NCBI GenBank assembly: GCA_037625715.1
Contig: JASJHQ010000076.1
Span: 469 to 64,468 of the forward strand
Length of the DNA stretch: 64,000 nucleotides
DNA from: Flavobacteriales bacterium
GTDB lineage: Bacteria > Bacteroidota > Bacteroidia > Flavobacteriales > UBA7312
Direction of reading: 5' to 3'
Position numbers and translations under genes: made by a program. The notes under the pieces were generated by a model that was not told the origin of the DNA, did not search any database, and saw only the letters and a list, made by a program, of their open reading frames with translations. Of this stretch, positions 57,589 through 64,000 are shown in pieces; within the stretch, counting starts at the first letter, position 1; each line of letters starts with the position of its first letter.

Positions 57589-59413
57589 CTAATACTTGAA
57601 TTATGCGATTCTTAATTTCTCTTGATTCAAATGGAATTCCTTTAATTTTATTAAATGGAATAGCATCAACAGCATATTTATCTCTTAAAATTTTCACTAG
57701 TTGTCCATTATTAATTTCCGGCACTAGAACTTTATCAAAGTTAGCGATCACTTCTCCAAGATTGGTCGGGAAAGGATGAATGTATTTTATATGAGCGTGA
57801 GAAACAGAATAACCCTGAATCAGAACGTCTTTCATTGCTGTTTTAATTGCTCCATAAGTAGAGCCCCATCCTAAGACTAACAGTTTAGCTTTCTCTTTAC
57901 CAGAATCTAATTCCTGTAAAGGAATTGATTTTGCAATTAGATTAACCTTATTTTCTCTGGTTTTAATCATCTTTTCATGATTATCAGAATCATAAGAAAC
58001 ATTTCCTGTGAGCTCTTCTTTTTCTAGTCCACCAATTCTATGTTCCTTCCCTTTAGTTCCAGGAGTAACCCATTCTCTAACTAACTTCTCATCTCTTTTA
58101 TATGGGAAGTACTCTCCACCCAAATCTTTATTTGGCACATTAATTTTAGCAAGATCTTTAACATTAGGGAACATCCAAGGCTCAGCACCATTCGCTATAT
58201 AGCCATCCGACAAATAAAAGACAGGAGTCATATGTTCTACTGCAATTCGGCAAGCTTCTACTATAGTTTCGAAACAATCGGAAGGCGTACGAGGAGCAAT
58301 TATTGGAATTGGAGCCTCTCCGTTTCTTCCATACATTGCTTGTAACAAATCTGCTTGTTCTGTTTTGGTTGGCAATCCTGTTGACGGCCCACCTCTTTGA
58401 ACATTAATAATAACTAAAGGAAGCTCTAACATAAATGCTAATCCTATTGCTTCTCCTTTCAGAGCAACACCAGGTCCTGAAGTAGCAGTCACACCCAAAG
58501 CACCACCAAAAGCAGCACCAATACTTGCACTAACAGCTGCAATCTCATCTTCTGCTTGAAAAGACTTAACTCCAAAGTTTTTATGTTTCGAAAGTTCGTG
58601 TAAAATATCTGATGCTGGAGTTATTGGGTAACTACCATAAAATAAATCCAGTCCTGATTGTTGACTAGCAGCAATTAAACCTATTGCTGTTGCCTGATTT
58701 CCCATTATGTTTCTGTAAACACCAGGCTTCATTTTAGCAGGTTTTACTTCAAATCTACTACTTGATATTTCACAAGTATTAGCAAAATTATAACCTGCCT
58801 TAAGCACTTTGATATTAGACTCTAAAATGTCAATTTTATTTCCGAATTTTTCATTCAGAAAAGAAATAGTATGCTCTAGAGACCGGTTATACATCCAATA
58901 AATGAAGCCTAAAACAAACATGTTTTTACATCTGTCTTTCTCTTTGATTCCTATTGAAATTTCCGACAAGCATTCTCTAGTTTGCTTGGTAACATTCATG
59001 TCGATTACTCTATAATCAGCAAGAGAATTATCGGTTAAGGGATTTTGATCTTCTTCAACTCCTGCTAATCTAAGATTACGTTTATCGAAGCCATCAAGGT
59101 TTAGTATAATTGTTCCTTGTTTTTTTAATCTTTTAAGGTTTGCTTTTAAAGCAGCAACATTCATTACTACTAAAACATCGCACTCATCACCCGGAGTAAA
59201 AATTTCTGAACTTCCGAAAGAGATTTGAAAACCGGACACCCCAGCTAAAGTTCCTTGAGGAGCTCTAATTTCGGCCGGAAAATCTGGAAATGTACTTAAA
59301 TCATTTCCATAAAGTGCGGTTGTATTTGTAAACTGAGAACCCGTAAGTTGAATTCCATCTCCAGAGTCACCTGCAAAAAAGATAACTACTTTATCTACTG
59401 TTTCTTTAGTCAT
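57578..59413 (-). CDS. korA: 2-oxoglutarate:ferredoxin oxidoreductase, alpha subunit
   Basis: 611-aa fused gamma/alpha-type subunit (FAGDSGDGIQLTG..YPITPASD). It overlaps korB by 11 nt. Confidence 0.88.
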   Translation of the reverse strand: MTKETVDKVVIFFAGDSGDGIQLTGSQFTNTTALYGNDLSTFPDFPAEIRAPQGTLAGVSGFQISFGSSEIFTPGDECDVLVVMNVAALKANLKRLKKQGTIILNLDGFDKRNLRLAGVEEDQNPLTDNSLADYRVIDMNVTKQTRECLSEISIGIKEKDRCKNMFVLGFIYWMYNRSLEHTISFLNEKFGNKIDILESNIKVLKAGYNFANTCEISSSRFEVKPAKMKPGVYRNIMGNQATAIGLIAASQQSGLDLFYGSYPITPASDILHELSKHKNFGVKSFQAEDEIAAVSASIGAAFGGALGVTATSGPGVALKGEAIGLAFMLELPLVIINVQRGGPSTGLPTKTEQADLLQAMYGRNGEAPIPIIAPRTPSDCFETIVEACRIAVEHMTPVFYLSDGYIANGAEPWMFPNVKDLAKINVPNKDLGGEYFPYKRDEKLVREWVTPGTKGKEHRIGGLEKEELTGNVSYDSDNHEKMIKTRENKVNLIAKSIPLQELDSGKEKAKLLVLGWGSTYGAIKTAMKDVLIQGYSVSHAHIKYIHPFPTNLGEVIANFDKVLVPEINNGQLVKILRDKYAVDAIPFNKIKGIPFESREIKNRIIQVLDGE

Positions 59414-59674
59414 TTATTGATCAATTTTGTCGACATCTACCACTTCTTTTACTTGAGGAAGAACCTTTTTAACAGCCTGTTCTACCCCAGCTTTAAGAGT
59501 CATCATACTAACCTGACAGTCACTACATGCTCCTAATAACTTAACCTTTACCACGAAGTCATCTGTAACTTCAATTAAACGAATATCTCCTCCGTCAGAC
59601 TCTAAGTAAGGACGAACTTGGTTAAGAGCATCTTCTACTTTGTCAAGGATTTTTTGATCAGTTATAATTCCCAT
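59414..59674 (-). CDS. NifU-like (Nfu-type) Fe-S cluster scaffold/carrier domain protein
   Basis: 86 aa with CxxC in LLGACSDCQVS. Confidence 0.85.
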   Translation of the reverse strand: MGIITDQKILDKVEDALNQVRPYLESDGGDIRLIEVTDDFVVKVKLLGACSDCQVSMMTLKAGVEQAVKKVLPQVKEVVDVDKIDQ

Positions 59675-59677
59675 AAA

Positions 59678-60802
59678 TTATTTTGTTGAACAACCACTCA
59701 TCGTTGTAATTTCTACTCTTTTAGTAGGTTCTAATTTATTCCTTTCGTTCATTTCAAGCACCACATTTTCTGCTAATTGAACAAACGAATTTGCTATATC
59801 TGTAGCTCCTTGCAAAACTGCAGGGCGCCCAACATCTCCAGCCTCACGAACACTTTGCACTAAAGGAATTTCGGCTAACAGAGGTAACTTTAATTTTTTT
59901 GCTAATTCTTTCGCTCCATCTTTACCAAAAATATAATACTTATTATTTGGCAAGTCTTCAGGAGTAAAATAAGACATGTTTTCAACAATACCAAGTACTG
60001 GCACATTAATAGATTCCATCTGGAACATCGCAACACCCTTTTTAGCATCTGCCAAAGCAATCGCTTGAGGAGTACTAACCATAATAGATGCCGTTACAGG
60101 AATAGCCTGAACTAATGAAAGGTGAATATCGCCAGTTCCAGGAGGTAAATCGACTAACAAAAAGTCTAACTGTCCCCAATCGGTATCCCACAACATTTGA
60201 TTTAATGCTTTGGAAGCCATAGCTCCTCTCCATACTACTGCTTGATCAGTATTAGCAAAGAAACCAATAGAAAGTAATTTCACACCATAACTCTGAACCG
60301 GTAAAATCTTTCTTTTTCCATCCACTTCTCTACCGCTAGGCTTTGCATTTACCACATCGAACATAAGAGGCATAGAAGGCCCGTAAATATCAGCATCAAC
60401 AAGACCAACTTTATACCCTTTGTCTGCTAAGGCAACGGCTAAATTAGCTGTAATAGTAGACTTACCTACACCACCCTTACCAGATGCAACTGCAATAATA
60501 TTTTTAACACCAGGAATTTCGTTACCCCTAATCACATTGCTAGGTTTTTCTGGCGCGTTTATAATTAAATTCACTTTTATATCCGCTTTTTCATAGACAT
60601 GGTCATGAATCGCTTTCAAACAATCTACTTCTACTTTTTTCTTGTATTGTAAAGTCGGATTATTAATTTCTACGTCTAATACAATTTCAGTACCAAAAAT
60701 TTGAATATTTCTAACCGAATCGGTAGAAACTAAATTGCCTCCTCCACCAGGTAAAGTGAAAGTTGATAGTGCCTCAAGCACTTGTTCTTTAGTAATTTTC
60801 AT
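59678..60802 (-). CDS. apbC: Mrp/ApbC/NBP35-family Fe-S cluster carrier ATPase
   Basis: N-terminal DUF59-like region, deviant Walker A ASGKGGVGKST, and a C-terminal domain. Confidence 0.9.
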   Translation of the reverse strand: MKITKEQVLEALSTFTLPGGGGNLVSTDSVRNIQIFGTEIVLDVEINNPTLQYKKKVEVDCLKAIHDHVYEKADIKVNLIINAPEKPSNVIRGNEIPGVKNIIAVASGKGGVGKSTITANLAVALADKGYKVGLVDADIYGPSMPLMFDVVNAKPSGREVDGKRKILPVQSYGVKLLSIGFFANTDQAVVWRGAMASKALNQMLWDTDWGQLDFLLVDLPPGTGDIHLSLVQAIPVTASIMVSTPQAIALADAKKGVAMFQMESINVPVLGIVENMSYFTPEDLPNNKYYIFGKDGAKELAKKLKLPLLAEIPLVQSVREAGDVGRPAVLQGATDIANSFVQLAENVVLEMNERNKLEPTKRVEITTMSGCSTK

Positions 60803-60807
60803 CGGTG

Positions 60808-60815
60808 CAAAGATA
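60808..60815 (-). promoter_or_regulatory. -7 box TAnnTTTG (tatctttg), 5 nt before the mrp/apbC ATG (leaderless geometry)
   Basis: Exact match; caccg lies between the box and ATG 60802. Confidence 0.5.
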
Positions 60816-60841
60816 AGGAATTAAGGCTTATTTATAATCAA

Positions 60842-61165
60842 TCAAATTAATTCTTTGTTAGGGTCCCAAAAGTAAATTTCCATCTCTTGAATTTGATTGT
60901 TTTTAACCACTACACCTTCATTTTCAAGCAATTGCTCCATAAGAGTAACTCCATCAAAATGGTACTTACCTGTTAGCAATCCTTGTTTGTTTACTACCCT
61001 ATGAGCTGGTACGTTTTTTTTGGCAGATTTATTTAGAGCCCAGCCAACCATTCGGGCAGATTTTGGAGAACCAAGATACTGACCTATAGCACCATAAGTG
61101 GTTACTTTTCCATGAGGAATTTGTCGGGCGACTTGGTATACTTTTTCGAAAAAATTATTTTCCAT
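60842..61165 (-). CDS. MGMT-family DNA-binding protein lacking the acceptor cysteine (alkyltransferase-like, ATL)
   Basis: 107 aa with HGKVTTYGAIG and NVPAHRVVN, so PAHRV replaces the catalytic PCHRV. Confidence 0.8.
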   Translation of the reverse strand: MENNFFEKVYQVARQIPHGKVTTYGAIGQYLGSPKSARMVGWALNKSAKKNVPAHRVVNKQGLLTGKYHFDGVTLMEQLLENEGVVVKNNQIQEMEIYFWDPNKELI

Positions 61166-61835
61166 AGTTAAAATTCAATCGGAACCTAAGATAGGTGATT
61201 GCCATTTGCTTAGCTAGATATAATTTTTCGTAATGGGTTTTAATCTCCATATTATCTCTAGAAACTTTAGCATTATAAATGTCGTGCTCAGCATCTTCTA
61301 AAACATGGCCACATCCTTGGATAACACCTAAAGTGTAACCGTGTAAAAACTGGCTGTCTGTTTTAAGGTGAATCTGACCTTTATCACTTAAAAATTGGCG
61401 ATATCTTTGTAAAAAAATAGGATGAGTTAATCGGCTTGTAGCTCTTCTTTTCTTTATTTGAGGATCAGGAAATGTAATCCAAATTTCATCAATTTCATTG
61501 GATCCAAAACATTGATGAATAAATTCAATTCTCAACCTTAAAAAACAAACGTTATCCAGCTTTTGATCAATAGCCTGAGTAGCACCTTGCCACATTCTAG
61601 CTCCTTTAATATCTACTCCAATAAAGTTCTTGTTAGGATGTTTTTTAGCAAGTCCGACAGAATATTCTCCCATACCACAGCCAAGTTCTAAAACAATCGG
61701 ATTATTATTTTTAAAGACAATTTCGTTCCATTTGCCGCTTAAATTAAATTGATCTTTAAGGTCATCAATGCTAGGCTCAAAAACATTTTTATAAGCCTTT
61801 ATATCGTCGAATTTTTTTAACTTGTTTTTAGCCAA
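61155..61835 (-). CDS. trmB: tRNA (guanine46-N7)-methyltransferase
   Basis: SAM motif VLELGCGMGEY, and FPDPQIKKR. The start is TTG. Confidence 0.9.
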   Translation of the reverse strand: MAKNKLKKFDDIKAYKNVFEPSIDDLKDQFNLSGKWNEIVFKNNNPIVLELGCGMGEYSVGLAKKHPNKNFIGVDIKGARMWQGATQAIDQKLDNVCFLRLRIEFIHQCFGSNEIDEIWITFPDPQIKKRRATSRLTHPIFLQRYRQFLSDKGQIHLKTDSQFLHGYTLGVIQGCGHVLEDAEHDIYNAKVSRDNMEIKTHYEKLYLAKQMAITYLRFRLNFNYGK

Positions 61836-61849
61836 TGGTAATTTTTAAA

Positions 61850-61857
61850 CAAAAATA
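61850..61857 (-). promoter_or_regulatory. -7 box TAnnTTTG (tatttttg) upstream of trmB
   Basis: Exact match, 14 nt upstream of TTG 61835. Confidence 0.45.
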
Positions 61858-61883
61858 GTTCAATTTTTAGTTAATTTTACTGA

Positions 61884-62933
61884 ATGAAAAAAAAGAAAAT
61901 TCTTATTGCTCCTCTAGATTGGGGATTAGGACATGCAACTAGATGTATTCCTATAGCAAGAGCGTTAGAAAAGGAAGGTTATGAGGTTTTGTTTTGTGCA
62001 GCATCTCGCTCTCTAGATCTGCTTATAAAAGAATTTCCTCGCAATCAATTCATTAAATTAGAAGGATATAACATCACCTATCCTAAAAATGGATGGATGA
62101 TATTTAGCATGATTTTTCAAAGTTTCAGAATTTTAAATAAAATAAGAAAAGAGCATAAAGACCTGAAACAAATAATTGCAGATTTTGAAATAGACGGAAT
62201 TATTTCTGATAACAGATACGGCATGTACAACAAAACCATTCCTTCTGTTTTCATTACTCATCAGGTAAATATTCAATCTCCAATACTCTCTATTCTAATT
62301 AGAAAAGTAAACTTATGGTTTATTAATAAATACCAAGAATGTTGGATTCCTGACACAGAGCAAAATATTTTATCGGGGAGTTTGTCAAAAATAAAAATCG
62401 AAAACCACAATTTTAAATTTATTGGGCCTCTTTCTAGATTTAAAAAAATAGACGCCACTAAAAAAATAGACATCCTTGCAATTGTTTCTGGTCCCGAACC
62501 TCAACGATCTATTTTCGAAAACCTATTAAAAAAACAACTTTTAGATTCAGGGAAAAACAGCATCTTAGTTCTTGGAAAAACAGAGGCAAACAAAGAAGAA
62601 AAAATAGAGAATTTAACTGTTTTAAATCACTTGCCTTCCAAAGAGCTAAATCAAGCAATGTCTAATAGCGAAATAGTCATAAGCCGGTCAGGATATTCTA
62701 CAATAATGGATTTGGCAGCTCTAGATAAAAAGGCGATTTTTATTCCCACACCAGGACAAACCGAACAAATTTATTTAGCCAATCTATTCGCAGAGCAGAA
62801 AGTTGCTTTTGCCCAACACCAGCATGATTTTGAATTAGAAAAAGCATTAGAAGAGTCGAAAAAATATTCTGGATTTAAGATCGAAATGGCAACAGATAAT
62901 TTCAAAAATTTGTTTAAGATTTTTGAAGCGTAA
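61884..62933 (+). CDS. Glycosyltransferase (GT-B fold, MurG/GT28 C-terminal-like)
   Basis: ILIAPLDWGLGHATRCIPIARAL N-terminus and C-terminal SRSGYSTIMDL..IPTPGQTEQ. Confidence 0.7.
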   Translation: MKKKKILIAPLDWGLGHATRCIPIARALEKEGYEVLFCAASRSLDLLIKEFPRNQFIKLEGYNITYPKNGWMIFSMIFQSFRILNKIRKEHKDLKQIIADFEIDGIISDNRYGMYNKTIPSVFITHQVNIQSPILSILIRKVNLWFINKYQECWIPDTEQNILSGSLSKIKIENHNFKFIGPLSRFKKIDATKKIDILAIVSGPEPQRSIFENLLKKQLLDSGKNSILVLGKTEANKEEKIENLTVLNHLPSKELNQAMSNSEIVISRSGYSTIMDLAALDKKAIFIPTPGQTEQIYLANLFAEQKVAFAQHQHDFELEKALEESKKYSGFKIEMATDNFKNLFKIFEA

Positions 62934-63933
62934 AAGAAAAAGTAGTCCCTACATCTTCCGTACTTCTCACGTTAATTACTTGGTTGTGGCTTTCTAAGAT
63001 ATGCTTAACAATAGCCAAGCCTAAACCTGTTCCTCCCTGATCTCTAGATCTTGATTTATCTACTCTATAAAATCGCTCAAATAATCTAGGTAAATTTTGC
63101 TGAGAAATACCAATTCCATTATCAGCAACCTCTATTAAGATGTTTTCACCCATTTCGTAAAACCTAACCTTTGTCTCCCCTCCCTCTTTTCCATATTTAA
63201 TGGAATTGACAACAAGGTTTGTAAACACTTGAATAATCTTATCTCTATCAGCTAAAACAGAAATAGGATCATACTCTTTATCTAATGAAATAGAGAGATT
63301 GGCTTTCTTCGCTTTCATTTCTGTTTGATCGAAAATATCCTTAGCCAAATCTACAATATCAAAATTTTCCATTTCTAAATCCAATCGATCAGATTCAATT
63401 TTTGAAATAGTAACTAAATCTTCTACAATATTGATCATTCTATCCACACTCTTGCTAGTACGCTCAAGGTAGGCCATATTAACATTCTTATCGTATAAAG
63501 CACCATCAATTAGTGTGTGAATATATCCTTGAATATTAAATATTGGAGTCTTTAATTCATGAGAAACATTACCTAAAAACTCTCTACGAAAATTTTCCAT
63601 CATCTTAAGCTCATCAATCTCTTTCTGCCTCTGATTAGCTATATCTTCTACGTCTTTAGATACTAATTCCAAATCAGTATTCATATTGGAGGTAGCGCCT
63701 TTATTTTTCTTAATCGTTTTATAAATTACTTTTACTCTATCGTAAATATATTTCTTCATCAACTTGTAAACTACAAGGTAAGAGAAAATAAAAGTGACTA
63801 CTATAATGCTTATCAGTTCGAGTTCAATAGAAGAAGAAGCGACATACTTTAATAGCCAAATAATAAAAACGGTAGACGCAGAAATAATTGTTGCTAATAA
63901 TAGTGCTATGTTTTTGGGTGAAGATGGCTGCAT
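62914..63933 (-). CDS. Sensor histidine kinase (PhoR/BaeS-like)
   Basis: Two N-terminal TM segments, H-box SHELKTP, N-box NLVVNSIKY, and G-boxes DNGIGI and GGTGLGLAIV. Confidence 0.9.
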   Translation of the reverse strand: MQPSSPKNIALLLATIISASTVFIIWLLKYVASSSIELELISIIVVTFIFSYLVVYKLMKKYIYDRVKVIYKTIKKNKGATSNMNTDLELVSKDVEDIANQRQKEIDELKMMENFRREFLGNVSHELKTPIFNIQGYIHTLIDGALYDKNVNMAYLERTSKSVDRMINIVEDLVTISKIESDRLDLEMENFDIVDLAKDIFDQTEMKAKKANLSISLDKEYDPISVLADRDKIIQVFTNLVVNSIKYGKEGGETKVRFYEMGENILIEVADNGIGISQQNLPRLFERFYRVDKSRSRDQGGTGLGLAIVKHILESHNQVINVRSTEDVGTTFSFTLQKS

Positions 63934-63934
63934 A

Positions 63935-64000
63935 TTAATGTTCGAATTTATAACCGATTCCTTTTACTGTTTTTATATAGCTAGAAGTTAGCTTTTCTCG
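63935..64000 (-). CDS. OmpR-family response regulator, C-terminal fragment (truncated by the window edge)
   Basis: Hand translation of the minus strand gives ..REKLTSSYIKTVKGIGYKFEH-stop, a winged-helix tail. The stop lies 1 nt before the kinase ATG (TAATATG). Confidence 0.7.
   Translation of the reverse strand, partial: REKLTSSYIKTVKGIGYKFEH

Noticed and set aside
2311-59536. About 35 short ORFs (60-132 aa) in the supplied track lie wholly inside longer genes on the opposite strand or in another frame. Examples: 2311-2553, 2852-3058, 3634-3885, 4173-4370, 4599-4826, 8353-8574, 9701-10099, 14583-14798, 20663-20857, 20915-21109, 21253-21450, 23524-23841, 26404-26586, 27234-27476, 28097-28288, 29732-29926, 32187-32441, 34705-34917, 36258-36494, 39009-39344, 44503-45063, 48007-48219, 48625-48810, 52784-53041, 53138-53359, 55822-56052, 58008-58202, 59348-59536, 62273-62473, 63794-63991.
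   Set aside because: Each is embedded in a gene with strong family motifs. Their translations are low-complexity (Ser/Ile/Leu/Phe/Lys-rich, as expected from antisense AT-rich DNA) and show no recognisable motifs and no promoter boxes. I treat them as frame noise.
1-64000. I scanned by eye for tRNA/rRNA genes, CRISPR repeats, IS elements, transposases, integrases, long inverted repeats, and phage or toxin-antitoxin modules.
   Set aside because: No intergenic region longer than about 260 nt exists. None shows tRNA-like cloverleaf ends or regularly spaced repeats, and no ORF shows DDE, tyrosine-recombinase or serine-recombinase motifs. The paralog array has no flanking inverted or direct repeats that I could detect.

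Overview
This is an AT-rich, very gene-dense chromosomal segment. It comes from a Bacteroidota bacterium, most likely a gliding Flavobacteriia-type organism. The evidence for that placement is gldB/gldC and gldE/gldD, T9SS-type C-terminal sorting domains, many exact TAnnTTTG -7 promoter boxes, and no visible Shine-Dalgarno sequences. Most of the window is core housekeeping. It holds a complete Bacteroidota-style dcw cell-division/peptidoglycan cluster (mraZ-rsmH-ftsL-ftsI-murE-mraY-murD-ftsW-murG-murC-ftsQ-ftsA-ftsZ). It also holds recQ, gcvP, fumC, prfB, recX, rng, hup, mutY, ssb, feoAB, nadE, korAB with Fe-S carrier genes, trmB, a kynurenine-pathway pair (kmo, kynU) and a two-component system at the right edge. 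I saw no tRNA or rRNA genes, CRISPR arrays, transposases or integrases. The only clearly accessory stretch is 13.3-21.2 kb. It carries four tandem, same-strand paralogs that encode signal-peptide-bearing, T9SS-sorted proteins of unknown function, with two N-terminal module types in A-B-B-A order. Each paralog is followed by its own intrinsic terminator; these are the only strong terminators I could find in the window. Other points worth a second look:
- a triple 10-bp-phased AAAGTGG repeat upstream of mraZ
- six genes whose -7 box ends 4-7 nt before the ATG (probable leaderless mRNAs)
- convergent genes that abut or overlap almost everywhere
- three small ORFs missing from the ORF track (a 42-aa lipoprotein-like ORF before feoA, a 48-aa membrane ORF, a 29-aa highly basic ORF)
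- an SprT-like gene coupled to feoB by TAATG

All functional calls come from reading motifs in the translations by eye. No database search, HMM search or alignment was run. Several ORF-track starts were moved to downstream ATGs where the signal peptide, family N-terminus or promoter geometry supported it.
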